Shown here piece by piece: positions 41,467 through 51,783 of a DNA stretch of 64,000 nucleotides. The DNA is from an uncultured Actinomycetota bacterium (lineage in GTDB: Bacteria > Actinomycetota > Actinomycetes > Actinomycetales > Dermatophilaceae): contig CAWHFV010000010.1 in assembly GCA_963828725.1 (NCBI GenBank), forward strand, positions 2,142-66,141, given 5' to 3'. The position numbers and the translations under genes are program-made. The first letter of the stretch is position 1, and the number at the start of each line of letters is the position of its first letter. Under the pieces are notes generated by a model. The model worked only from the letters and a program-made list of their open reading frames with translations. It was not told the origin of the DNA and did not search any database.

Positions 41467-42897
41467 TCACGACTTCTGGACCTTGTCGGCCCCACCGGCC
41501 ACCTTCTCCACCGCGCCCTGGTAGGTCGCCGCGGCCTCGTCGACCGACTTGCCGGAGACGATGTCCGCGGTCGCCTGCTGCAGCGCTTGGGAGACCTGCG
41601 GGTAGACGGCCAGGCCCGGGCGGTACCGCGTGATCGGCAGCACCTTCTCGGAGATCAGCGACAGGAGCGGGTCCTTGCTGAGGACCTCCTTGTTGACGTC
41701 CTGCCGGGCGGTGATCCGGGCCGATCCGGCCAGCGCCGCCTTGATGGCGTCCGGCGAGTACATGAACTGGATGAGCTCCCAGGCCTGCTGCGGGAACTTG
41801 GTGTTGGGGTTGAGGAAGGTGCCGCCGCCACCGGACATCGACACCATGTCCTGGCCACTCACGCCGGCGCCCTTGGCCTTGGCCGGGATCTCGGCGTACC
41901 CGACGTCGGCGTCGCGGGTGGCCATCGGGGCGGATCCCTTGTCGGGGTTGATGACCGAGCGCCAGAAGTAGTCGCCCTCGAGCAGGATGCCGACCTTGTT
42001 GGCGGCGAACGCGGCGAACGACTCGTCGCGGCCCTTGGCGGCCTGCTGGAAGTTCTTGTCCATCAGCCCCTGGTCGAGCAGCTGCTTGTAGAACCCGAGG
42101 ACGTCGCGGGTGTTCTGGGTGTTGCCCTGCCACTTGCCGTCCTGGTAGATCTCCGCACCGGTGCCGACCAGCAGGTCGAGCGCGCCCTGCATGGTGGTGG
42201 CCTCGCCCATCGCGGTGCCGGCGTTGATCTGGATCGGGATGACCCCGCTGACCGCCTTGAGCTTGGTGCCGGCGTCGAGGATGTCCTGCCAGCTGGCGGG
42301 CTGCCAGTCGGCGGGCAGGCCGGCCTGCTGGAACAGCTTCTTGTTGAAGTAGAGGACGCGGCCGTCGGTACCGCCGGGAACGCCGTAGATCTTGTCGTTG
42401 TAGGACGCGTTGGCCTGGACCGCCTTGGGGATCTGCGCCCAGCCGTCCCACGACGTGACGTTCCCGCCGACGACGTCGGCCAGAGGCTTGATGTAGCCGG
42501 CCTCGGCGAACTCGCCGACCCAGATGCCGTCGAGGGCGATGACGTCGGCTCCGGACTTGCTCTTGAGGTCGAGCGCCATCTTGGCCTTGTACTGCTCGTC
42601 GTCCACGCCGGACGGCTGGAACTTCAGGGTGACGTTGACCCCCTTGGCCTTCTGGGCCTCGGTGAACTTCGGGATCACGTAGTTGGCGTACCAGTCGGCC
42701 TCCGCGGCGTTCTTGCCGCCGGCGATCGAGTTGGAGGTCACGGTGAGCGCGACCTCGGTCGCGCTGGCGTTCTGGGTGGGGTTGGCGCCGCTGGTTCCGG
42801 AGGACCGGTCGCACGCCGCGACCAGCGTGCCGAGGAGAAGGATCGAGATCGCGGGAACGGCTCGACGGGCCAGCCCACGTCGCTTCACGGTGGTCAT
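41467..42897 (-). CDS. Sugar ABC transporter substrate-binding lipoprotein
   Basis: Lipobox VAAC, YGVP..TD..VLYFNKKLF..AGL. Confidence 0.93.
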   Translation of the reverse strand: MTTVKRRGLARRAVPAISILLLGTLVAACDRSSGTSGANPTQNASATEVALTVTSNSIAGGKNAAEADWYANYVIPKFTEAQKAKGVNVTLKFQPSGVDDEQYKAKMALDLKSKSGADVIALDGIWVGEFAEAGYIKPLADVVGGNVTSWDGWAQIPKAVQANASYNDKIYGVPGGTDGRVLYFNKKLFQQAGLPADWQPASWQDILDAGTKLKAVSGVIPIQINAGTAMGEATTMQGALDLLVGTGAEIYQDGKWQGNTQNTRDVLGFYKQLLDQGLMDKNFQQAAKGRDESFAAFAANKVGILLEGDYFWRSVINPDKGSAPMATRDADVGYAEIPAKAKGAGVSGQDMVSMSGGGGTFLNPNTKFPQQAWELIQFMYSPDAIKAALAGSARITARQDVNKEVLSKDPLLSLISEKVLPITRYRPGLAVYPQVSQALQQATADIVSGKSVDEAAATYQGAVEKVAGGADKVQKS

Positions 42898-43060
42898 CGT
42901 TGACTCCCTGTCGTCATCGCCGGCCGACCGACCAGTCACGCGGCCGACTCCAGCGCAAGCCACGATAGTAGGAATGTTCTGACATGGCGCGCTCGGGCGT
43001 GTGTTGTTGCCGGACGTTGACCGAATCGCCTTGGTGGCGGGTCCGCGTAGGGTTTCGCCC

Positions 43061-43261
43061 ATGCCCGAGCGCCACGACAGCGGCTGGCCCAAGCGCTCGC
43101 CGGCGCGCTACAAGAAGGCGATCCCGCCGGCCATCGTCGCGGTCGTCGGGCTGGCTCTGATGTTCGTGCTCCCGGACCTGCCGAACCTCGGGCTGATCAT
43201 CTTCCTCGGCGGCCTGGCGGGGGCGATCATCACGGCCGTCATCGCGGGGCTGGGCGACTGA
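43061..43261 (+). CDS. Small two-TM membrane protein
   Basis: Two hydrophobic helices; TAGGGT -10-like box upstream. Confidence 0.6.
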   Translation: MPERHDSGWPKRSPARYKKAIPPAIVAVVGLALMFVLPDLPNLGLIIFLGGLAGAIITAVIAGLGD

Positions 43262-43262
43262 G

Positions 43263-43544
43263 GTGAAGCTCGAGTTCGAGGCCGCGGTCATCGAGTGGCG
43301 CGGGCCGGCGCCCTACTACTTCCTGGCCGTCCCCGAGCCGATGTGCGAGGACCTGAGAGTGGCCGCGCGCGACGTGAGCTACGGATGGGGCGTCATCCCG
43401 GTCAGGGTCCGGATCGGCGGCACCACCTGGACCACGTCGCTGTTCCCCAAGGACGGCGGCTACCTCGTGCCCCTCAAGGACCGCGTCCGCGCGGCGGAGG
43501 GAATAGACCAGGACGACGTCGTCGAAGCGGTCCTCACGGTCTGA
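43263..43544 (+). CDS. DUF1905-family protein
   Basis: WRGPAPYYF, GWGVIPVRV.IG.T.W.TSLFPKDG.Y.VPLK. Confidence 0.85.
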   Translation: MKLEFEAAVIEWRGPAPYYFLAVPEPMCEDLRVAARDVSYGWGVIPVRVRIGGTTWTTSLFPKDGGYLVPLKDRVRAAEGIDQDDVVEAVLTV

Positions 43545-43675
43545 GCCAGTCGGTATGCGGGGTGGCGCCACGCATACCCCCTCTCCCCGCCCGGTGGACC
43601 AGTACGGCCACCGTTCGCGCGGGAACCGAGGCGGTGCCGGTCGCGAACCCCAGCGATGCGAGGTCACGATGCCCG

Positions 43676-44135
43676 ATGGCCGCACAGGCCTGGTTCTTGG
43701 CCACGCGGATGACTGTCCTCGTGGACGCCGACCGCAGTGCTGGCCGCCTGACGCTCGCGCCGCAGGAGTCACCGGCGGGTTCGGACCGCCCCGGCATGTC
43801 ACGACGCGGAGGACGAGGCGTTCTTCGTACTCGAAGGCGCCATGCACATCGTCTGCGGAGACCAGGCATGGGACGCCGGCCCGAGGAGCTTCACCTGGCT
43901 GCCGCACGGGGTGCCGCACACCTTCCAGGTCACGGAGGCGGGCCGCATGCTGCAGCTGACCACCCCCGGGGGGTTCGAGTCGCTGGTCAGCGAGGTGGGC
44001 ACCAGGGCGGCGGGCCCGGGTCTTCCGCCGCCCGCGATTCCGGACATCCCGCGGCTGGTGGAGGCCGCCGCACGTCACGGGAGCGCCGTCGTCGGCCCTC
44101 CACTCAACCCCGCCGACTTCGGCCTCACGGACTAG
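43676..44135 (+). CDS. Cupin-domain protein (quercetin dioxygenase-like), frameshifted near 43785-43805
   Basis: GFGPPRH..., EDEAFFVLEG, LPHGVPHTF, TPGGFE across frames. Confidence 0.75.
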
Positions 44136-44180
44136 CGGCCCCAGCGCTTCGTCGGCACACGAACCGGGTACCTCACTGGC

Positions 44181-44330
44181 ATGAGTGAGATTCGAGACGC
44201 AGCCACACAGCCGGGCGAGCCTGAGCACCAGTCCGAAGACGGAGGTGACCAAGGCATCGAGATCACCTCCGGCGAGCCGAACACGTTCGAACCGGAGGAG
44301 GACCCGGACGCAGCCGCGGACGAGAGCTGA
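44181..44330 (+). CDS. 49-aa acidic small protein (below the ORF-track cutoff)
   Basis: MSEIRDAATQPGEPEHQSEDGGDQGIEITSGEPNTFEPEEDPDAAADES; SigF-like promoter ends 9 nt upstream. Confidence 0.6.
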   Translation: MSEIRDAATQPGEPEHQSEDGGDQGIEITSGEPNTFEPEEDPDAAADES

Positions 44331-44332
44331 GC

Positions 44333-44761
44333 TCAGCTTCTCCCGAGAGGCTGCGGGCTGGTCACGGCGATCCCTCGTGTGCGGGCTACCTCGATGGGGA
44401 CGACCTCGCGGCCGAGGGGCCACAGGGAGATCGGAATGAGCTTCACGTTCGCGACCGCCAACGGGATCCCGATGATCGTGAGGGCGAGCAGGAAAGCGGT
44501 TACCAGGTGGGCGATGGCGAGCTCCCAGCCGAGGAGGATCAGCCAGATGATGTTCCCGATGAACGAGAGGGCACCGGCGGTGGGTTTCACCACGGCGGTC
44601 CGGCCGAAGGGCCACACCACGAATCCCGCGATCCGGAACGCGGCGATGCCGAACGGGATCGTGATGATCAGGATGCAGGCCAGGATGCCGGCGAGGACGT
44701 AGAGGAGCCAAAGCCAGAACCCGGCGAGCACGAACCAGATGACGTTCCCGAGGACCCTCAC
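44333..44761 (-). CDS. YccF-domain membrane protein
   Basis: Duplicated GN.IW...G...ITIPFG...WPFG repeat. Confidence 0.9.
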   Translation of the reverse strand: MRVLGNVIWFVLAGFWLWLLYVLAGILACILIITIPFGIAAFRIAGFVVWPFGRTAVVKPTAGALSFIGNIIWLILLGWELAIAHLVTAFLLALTIIGIPLAVANVKLIPISLWPLGREVVPIEVARTRGIAVTSPQPLGRS

Positions 44762-44897
44762 CGAATCATCGTCGCACGCCGAAGCGGAGGCCAATGTCCT
44801 TCTCCGGCAAGGGCGGAGTCCTTGAGGTTTGAAGGTCGAGGACGTGAGGGCTCCACGTCCTGTTGACCAGCGTCCGGCGAGCGGTCAACATGGGCCC

Positions 44898-46286
44898 GTG
44901 GCAGGGGCGGTGCTGGAGGCCGATTACGTGGTGGTCGGCGCGGGCGCGATGGGAATGGCTTTCACCGACGCCCTGATCGACCATGCGGACGTCAGCGTGG
45001 TCCTGGTCGACCGTAGGCACAGCGTCGGCGGGCACTGGCTCAACGCCTATCCCTTCGTTCGACTTCACCAGTCCTCTTCGACCTACGGCGTGGCGTCCAC
45101 GCTGCTCGGTGACAACCGGGTCCAGGAGAGCGGACCAGAGGCCGGTATGGACGAGCGGGCCTCGGCGCCGGAGATCTGCCTGTACTACGCGCGGGTGTTG
45201 AAGGAGCGACTGCTGGCGTCCGGCCGGGTTTCGTTCTACCCCAACTGCGACTACCTCGGCGAGGGGCGGTTCGTCTCGCACGTGTCCGGTCAGCAGTTCC
45301 AGGTCCAGGGCCGCCGACGCGTCGTCAACGCCCACTACCTGTCACCGATGATCCCGGCGACGAGCCCACCGCCCTTCGGGGTTGCTGAAGGGGTGCGGGT
45401 GATCCCGGTCAACGACCTGGTCGAGCTGGATGAGCCGCCGTCGCAGTACGTGATCGCCGGCTCCGGCAAGACGGCGACCGACGCCTGCATCTGGCTGCTC
45501 GACAACGGCGTCGATCCCGACGCGATCGTGTGGATCCGCCCGCGTGACCCGTGGATGATCAACCGCGCGGCCGTCCAGCCGGATCCGGTGGTGTTCTTGA
45601 CTACCGAGGCCGACATCATGGAGGCGGCAGAGGCGGCCAGCTCTCCCGACGACCTGTTCTTCCGGATGGAAGAGGCCGGGGTGATGGTTCGGATCGACCG
45701 ATCCGTGACTCCGACGATGGCCAAGATCGCCACGCTGGCCCACTGGGAGCTCGATCGACTACGCACCATCGAGCGGGTTGTCCGGCTCGGCCACATCGTG
45801 CAGGTCAAGCCCGGACGGTTGATGCTCGCGGACGGCGAGGTCGCGATAGCCCGGGACGCTGTGGTCGTCCACTGCGCCGCTCGGGGTTTGCGGTACCCAC
45901 CACTGGTGCCGGTCTGGGGACCCGAGGCGATCACGCTGCAGACGATCCGCAACACGTATGCCTGCTTCGGTCCCGCACTCGCGGGCTACGTGGAAGCGAC
46001 GCTGGAGGACGACGCCGAGAAGAACCGCATGTGCCCGCCAGTGCCGTTCTCCAACACCACCGCCGACTGGGCTCATCAGCAGGTCCTGGGTGCCCGCGCA
46101 TCCTTCACGTCGCACCCCCACGTGGAGGAATGGGCCGACAGCGTGTCGCTCAACCCGGCCCGCATCCCGCCGGAGCTGGCCAGCTCTCCGGCCGTGGCTG
46201 CCGCCGCCCGGCGGTTCCGTGAGCTCGAGGGTCCGGGGCTGGCCATGCTGGCCACGCTCGCCGACATACATCCGGCACGGGCCTGA
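44898..46286 (+). CDS. NAD(P)/FAD-dependent oxidoreductase
   Basis: VVGAGAMG, GGHWLNAYPFVRLHQ, GSGKTA. Confidence 0.88.
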   Translation: MAGAVLEADYVVVGAGAMGMAFTDALIDHADVSVVLVDRRHSVGGHWLNAYPFVRLHQSSSTYGVASTLLGDNRVQESGPEAGMDERASAPEICLYYARVLKERLLASGRVSFYPNCDYLGEGRFVSHVSGQQFQVQGRRRVVNAHYLSPMIPATSPPPFGVAEGVRVIPVNDLVELDEPPSQYVIAGSGKTATDACIWLLDNGVDPDAIVWIRPRDPWMINRAAVQPDPVVFLTTEADIMEAAEAASSPDDLFFRMEEAGVMVRIDRSVTPTMAKIATLAHWELDRLRTIERVVRLGHIVQVKPGRLMLADGEVAIARDAVVVHCAARGLRYPPLVPVWGPEAITLQTIRNTYACFGPALAGYVEATLEDDAEKNRMCPPVPFSNTTADWAHQQVLGARASFTSHPHVEEWADSVSLNPARIPPELASSPAVAAAARRFRELEGPGLAMLATLADIHPARA

Positions 46287-46369
46287 CCCACCGACGAACA
46301 GTCGGCAGCTCGCAGTCCTGAGGACGACCTTGTCCCGATAGCGGCAACGTCCACGGTTCGTGTCGAGCG

Positions 46370-46394
46370 GTTTCCGACGGGGGCATGCGGGTAT
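46370..46394 (+). promoter_or_regulatory. SigF/SigB-type promoter GTTT-N15-GGGTAT
   Basis: Matches the actinobacterial SigF consensus, upstream of a small acidic ORF. Confidence 0.6.
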
Positions 46395-46462
46395 GCACCT
46401 GGCTTCGGAGTCGACCGCTCCGAGGAGCACCACCTCGGACCCACCCGGACGCTGGAGAAGCC

Positions 46463-46612
46463 ATGCCGAAGATCGAACGAGATGTCACCACCTCCTCCGG
46501 AGTCGATGAGGAGCGGGCGACTGAGACGGCTGAGCCGGAGCCCGCGAAGACGGACCATCCCACGGGTGACGACCAGGCCGAGGAGAACCGCGAGCTGGAG
46601 CCTCCGGCCTGA
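46463..46612 (+). CDS. 49-aa acidic small protein
   Basis: RBS GGAGAA; MPKIERD...TDHPTGDDQAEENRELEPPA. Confidence 0.6.
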   Translation: MPKIERDVTTSSGVDEERATETAEPEPAKTDHPTGDDQAEENRELEPPA

Positions 46613-46699
46613 CATGAGTTCCGACGTGCGGTGTTGGTCAGGGGGTGACTACCGTTGCCGGTGCGTTACGCGGGATCAACCTCCCCCGTAACGCCCAAC

Positions 46700-46948
46700 G
46701 TCGTTGCCGAGGTCACCGGCATCCCTCGCGGGGCGCGTGGCGCGGTGGCGGCGCTGATGGCCGGCCTGTTCCTGGCCGCGCTGGACCAGAGCCTCTTCGC
46801 CACCGCCTTGCCGACGATCGCCGGCGACCTCGGTGCGCCGGTGCTGCGGGCCCTCGTTCCGGTGGCGGCGATGGCTGCCGTGCTGTTGTGGTTCCTGCGG
46901 CCCGTCCCGCAGGACGACCATCGTGACCGGGCGTGGTCCGATGACTGA
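46700..46948 (+). pseudogene. Internally deleted DHA2 MFS remnant
   Basis: TM1 motif LFLAALDQSLFATALPTIAGDLG joined directly to a last-TM-like segment; start approximate. Confidence 0.65.
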
Positions 46949-46975
46949 CGAACTTAGGACGTCGGCGCGACGGCG

Positions 46976-48313
46976 GTGGTCCGGCTGCGAGTAGCGCTGA
47001 CCGCGACTCCGTTGTACGGCCACGTCGCACCGCTGGTTTCGCTCGGCCACGCCCTCGCGCAGCGGGGCCACACTGTCACGCTGCTGACCGGTGAAGCGTT
47101 TCGCGATCTCGCCGTGTCGCAGGGCCTTCGGTTCGTCGCGCTGCCCGCGGATGCGGAGATCCCCGACGCCCCTGGCCAGCACCGATGGCTGCGAGTGACC
47201 CAGGGTCGGGAGGCGATCCTGCGTACCTTCGTTCGCCCACTCCCGGCACAACATGAAGCCCTGCGGGTCCTCCTCGCCGACGGGGACTGGAACGCGGTCC
47301 TCTCGGATGCCGCATACCTGGGGGCCTTGCCATTGCTGCTGACCGGATCACCCGAAGACCGCCCGCCGGTGCTGGGGGTGTCCACGACGCCGTTGTCGAT
47401 GGTCACCGACGACTGTGCGCCGTTCGGTTCCGCCCTCCAGCCGGGCCGAAGCGCGTTCACCCGAATGCGGAACCGGCAGATCCAATGGCTGCTGCGGCGC
47501 GGTCCACTCCGCCCGCTGCATGACGAGCTCGACGCCGTCCTGGCTCCGTACGGGATCCCGCCGGGAACGGTGGACTACTTCGACCACGTGGCCTACTTCG
47601 ACCTGGCCTTCCACCTGGCACCGGCCGAGATCGAGTACCCGCGGCGTGCGCTGCCCTCTACGCTCCGGTTCGTCGGGCCGCTGACGCTGGGGCCTGCGCC
47701 GGCCGCCAAACCGGCGTGGTGGGACGACCTCGCGGGGCGCTGCGTCGTGCACGTGACACAAGGAACCCTGGATGTCGACCCGCGCCGACTCATCGGCCCC
47801 ACGGTGCACGCTCTGGAACACGAGCCGGTGTTGACCGTGGTGAGCACCGGCGGGGCGTCCGAGGACGAGCTGGTCGCCGCCCTTGGCGCGCCTCTCCCGG
47901 CCAATGCGCGAGTGGCCCCCTTCCTGCCCTACGACGACCTCCTGCCCAACGTTCGCGTGGTCGTCAGCAACGGCGGCTTCGGAGGGGTGCAACAGGCCCT
48001 TCGTCACGGGGTCCCACTGGTGGTGGCAGGGGATACGGAGGACAAGCCCGAGGTCGGCGCTCGCGTCCGTCGGGTCGGTGCGGGGATCGACCTCCGCACC
48101 GGCACGCCGACCCAGCGGCAGGTGCGGCGCGCCGTTCGCGCCGTCCTTGACGAGCCCCGCTACGCCGACCGCGCTGCCGTGATGCGTCGGTCGATCGGAC
48201 GGCTGGGCGATCCGGCCGCCACGATCGTCGATGCGCTCGAGACGACCGCGTATCGCTCACCGGGCCGGTCGCGGCCGGGGCCGGAGCCGCTGCAATCGTC
48301 GGCAGCTCGCTAG
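46976..48313 (+). CDS. Family 1 (MGT/UDP-dependent) glycosyltransferase
   Basis: GHVAP, HVTQGT, PFLPY..LLP....V.NGG.GG...AL..GVP.V......DK. Confidence 0.92.
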   Translation: MVRLRVALTATPLYGHVAPLVSLGHALAQRGHTVTLLTGEAFRDLAVSQGLRFVALPADAEIPDAPGQHRWLRVTQGREAILRTFVRPLPAQHEALRVLLADGDWNAVLSDAAYLGALPLLLTGSPEDRPPVLGVSTTPLSMVTDDCAPFGSALQPGRSAFTRMRNRQIQWLLRRGPLRPLHDELDAVLAPYGIPPGTVDYFDHVAYFDLAFHLAPAEIEYPRRALPSTLRFVGPLTLGPAPAAKPAWWDDLAGRCVVHVTQGTLDVDPRRLIGPTVHALEHEPVLTVVSTGGASEDELVAALGAPLPANARVAPFLPYDDLLPNVRVVVSNGGFGGVQQALRHGVPLVVAGDTEDKPEVGARVRRVGAGIDLRTGTPTQRQVRRAVRAVLDEPRYADRAAVMRRSIGRLGDPAATIVDALETTAYRSPGRSRPGPEPLQSSAAR

Positions 48314-49091
48314 GAACGGACTGTTCGGTGACGACACTGCGTCCACCCGTCGACGACGTGGTGGGTATGCCCGGGGTCCGCGCCTCGAGCCGTGGCCCGG
48401 CACCAGCCTCGTCGTCGACGCCACCGGCTCCGCCAAGCTGGTCGTGCTGCACACAGACCACACCATGGCCGTCTTCGACTCCGCGCGCGCCCTTGTCCAT
48501 CCCGTGCCTGTGGGCGGAATGTCGAGGTGGCGGCTCGACGGAAACGTGATGATCCAAGACGGGGTCGACGCGCAGGGTCGGGCCTGCCGCGCGACAGTTC
48601 CGTGGCGGGCGGCGTCCGAGGGGGTCGTCGTCTACGACACCGCCGTCCTCGAAGGGCCTGGCTGCACTGGCACGTCGTCGCCCCCCGCGACCTCGACGCA
48701 GCTGTCGCCAGTGTCGGACGCCGGCCTGAAGATTGCGGCCGGCGCAAGCGATCCGGCTGTGCCGGTCACCGACCCGGTTCAGTTCGACGGGGTCTGGCTA
48801 CTGCGGGGCACGGGCTTGCTCCTGGCCTTCGACGAGGTGCCCAACAACGGGGGCGGCTACTTCCTCGACCACAACGGCGACATCGACTGGGCACCCGACA
48901 CGCAGGGCAAGGTCGAGATGGGCACAGACGGCCTGGTGACGCTCACGAGCCCCTCATGCTCGGACACCCTGCTCAGGCGCCCGGTCCTGCACGGCACCTC
49001 GAACCGCAGATCTCTCACGGTGACCGTGGAAGACGACCCGTGTTTCTGGTTCGGTGGCGAACCCGTGGCGACCTTGATCAAAGTGCTCTGA
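48314..49091 (+). pseudogene. 5'-truncated fragment of a hypothetical, probably extracellular protein
   Basis: Coding-like frame with paired Cys ending in IKVL-stop; no convincing start or RBS. Confidence 0.4.
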
Positions 49092-49130
49092 GCCGGCGCC
49101 CGGCACTCCAAGACCAGCCAGGGCAGGTTC

Positions 49131-50111
49131 TCACCAGGCGTATGCCTGTGGCGCTTCTCCTGGGCCGGGCCAGATGTGGTCGAGCCGCTGCAGGACGTCC
49201 GGCTCGAGGTGCAGCGTCAGGCCACCGAGGTTGGTGCGCAGCTGCTGGACCGAACTCGCCCCGACGACCGCGGTGGAGACCACGGGGTCGCGAAGCAGCC
49301 ACGCCAGCGCGACGTCGGCCGGCTGGGTGCCGATCTCGCGGCACAGAGCTTCGTAGGCCTCGAGCTGGCCGCGGACCGGCTTTACGCGCTGCTGCAGGTC
49401 CTCGGAGGCGGCACCGGTGTCGACGGCCTCGAGCGCGCCGGCGAGCAGCCCGGCGTGCAGTGGGCTGTAAGCGATGAGACCGACACCCAAGCTGCGCAGG
49501 GCGGGCACGAGCTCGATCTCGACGGTCCGCTTGGCCAGGTTGTAGAGGCATTGCTCGGAGGTGAGCCCGAGGAAGGGTCTGGCGTTGGCGGCGGACTGGG
49601 CCAGGGCGACATCCCAAGCGGCGAAGTTGCTGCTGCCCACGTAGGTCACCTTGCCCTCGCGGACCAGTTGCTCCATGGCCTGCCAGATCTCGTCCCACGG
49701 CGTCGCCCGGTCGACGTGGTGCATCTGGTACAGGTCGATGTGGTCGGTCTGCAGCCGTCGCAGGCTCGCCTCGCACGCCTGCCGCAGGTGGTACGCGGAC
49801 AGCCGCCGGTCGTTCGCTCCGAGCCCCATCGGCTGGTACACCTTCGTGGCCAGGACGATCTCGTCGCGGCGCCCGCTGCGCTGCAGCCACCGCCCGATGA
49901 CCTCCTCCGAGACGCCGTAGCCCATGGTCATGTCCGCACTTTGCGGACCGCCGTAGACGTCAGCGGTGTCGAAGTGGTTGATACCGGCGTCGACCGCGGC
50001 GTCCATCACCCCGAAACTGCTCGACTCGTCCAGCAGGTACCCGAAGTCCATCGTCCCCAGGGCGATCCTGCTGACGAGCAGGCCGGACCGCCCAAGATGG
50101 GCGTAGCTCAT
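49131..50111 (-). CDS. Aldo/keto reductase
   Basis: LGRSGLLVSRIALGTM, FDTADVYG, SLRRLQTDHIDLYQMH, YVGSSN. Confidence 0.95.
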   Translation of the reverse strand: MSYAHLGRSGLLVSRIALGTMDFGYLLDESSSFGVMDAAVDAGINHFDTADVYGGPQSADMTMGYGVSEEVIGRWLQRSGRRDEIVLATKVYQPMGLGANDRRLSAYHLRQACEASLRRLQTDHIDLYQMHHVDRATPWDEIWQAMEQLVREGKVTYVGSSNFAAWDVALAQSAANARPFLGLTSEQCLYNLAKRTVEIELVPALRSLGVGLIAYSPLHAGLLAGALEAVDTGAASEDLQQRVKPVRGQLEAYEALCREIGTQPADVALAWLLRDPVVSTAVVGASSVQQLRTNLGGLTLHLEPDVLQRLDHIWPGPGEAPQAYAW

Positions 50112-50332
50112 GCCGCCGTGCATGGTCGGCAGCGTACGCATGGTCCGCGACCCGATGCTGTGGTCGGGACCTCACGCCCGGACGCGGCGGTAGGAGAGAC
50201 CTTGCTGGCGTCGGCTCGGCTCTCCGGGGCCGGCTTTATGCGGGCCCAGGGACGGCAACCCAGATCCGCCGCCCGTCAAGGCCTACTCGCACGATGTCGC
50301 ACTAGCCGAGAGGGATGCTGCTGGACCCACTC

Positions 50333-51416
50333 TCAGGTGGGGGTGCCGCTGCTATAGACGGTGGTGCCGTGGCCGAACTTGTCACTGGTGCACAGCATAG
50401 AGACCGATAGATAGGACGGCACAACGTTCCAGTTCATGTAGTTGCCGTTGATTTCCTTCGCATACGACGCCTGTCCGCCTACTGCCAGTCGTTAGGGTTG
50501 AGCTCGAAGATCTCTTGACCTGTTGAGTAGGTCGATACGGCGAGACCGGTCGGTGAGGCGATCCTGACTCCGCCTGGGTGGATATACCCGGGAGAAAGGT
50601 CGTTGAGGACCCCATCTCGCTGATTCCGGAACGTGTTGGTGAAGCGGGCAACATACGGGTAGTCCGCTGGGCACGCCGCCCAGATCTTCCCCATCGTGGA
50701 ACCGGGAACCCACTCGCTCTTGACCAACACGTCGCGGATATCCCGAGCAGCGAGAGGAGACGCATACGTGTAGGTGCGGCCGTATGCGTCCTCTACCACC
50801 ATGGGCAGCGACTTACCGACGACCTCGGCCGGTTGGTCGGTGCGGTACCGGTGAGCTTCCCCGTCGAGTCGACCTGAAGCCAGCCTGGACGGTTCGACGA
50901 CTGGACGCGCGCCCCCTGACCCGCCAACGGCACCTGGGAGCTGTAGGCCTGCCCCAGTATCACTTCAGGGACTTGCCCCTGCACATCGCCCAGAGGCGAG
51001 TCCAGCACAGTAAGACTGAATGAACGATCCACGGTGATCGGCCATTCATCGGACTCGCCGGAATGCGTCGACGCACGGATCTTGAGCGTGGTGGTTCCCA
51101 CGATGCTCATCGTGGGCGTACCCGACAGGACCCCGTCCTTGGACAAGGTGAAACCCTGCGGAAGCTTGGTAGCAGGGACGATGGCATCACCTGACCACAC
51201 GAACCGGTAGCTGAAGGGTTGGCCGACCGTCGCGGCAGGGAGGGTTGCCGGCGGCAACGTCGGAGTGTCGGTCGACCGGACGCTTTCGGCCTGGGCCTCA
51301 CCGCGCTCGGACGCTTGAGCGGAGGCAGGTGGGACGAGCACGCCGCCTACCGTCAGCGCCGCGACGGTCAAAGAAGCGGCGACGCTCCACACCTTGAATG
51401 AATAGTGCACGGCCAT
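50333..51416 (-). CDS. Secreted protein with putative Ig (He_PIG-like) repeats and a Cys-containing C-terminal domain; two frameshifts
   Basis: Signal peptide (ASA-QA); LP.GFTLSKDGVLSGTPT and P.WLQVDSTGKLTGT repeats; CPADYPY...NWN...LCTSD across frames. Confidence 0.7.
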
Positions 51417-51783
51417 CCTTCATATAGATCGAAACAATAGGGCGGATCTCAAGAGGCGTTTCTTCATCGCTCGGAATGAGATCTGCGTCAGCGAAGGTAT
51501 GCCCCTGAAGCCCGATTCGGTTCGACCGATCGGCCCGCTATCAGGCTGACGGCAATGTTCACCAGATGGTCGACAACACCAGGGTCCTGGTCAGGCTGTG
51601 CGCAGGGCCGGCAGCAGGCGGGACTCCACTCCGGTATCGGTCGGGACCACGGCGAGGTGATCACGGAGGCGTGAACGCATATAATCGGGTTGCCAGGTCA
51701 CGTCGAGAGCACGGCGGGGGCTGCCTGGCCAGCACATGGACAGGCAGTTCGTTGAGCACGCAATCCGCCTTGGTCTCATCGTC

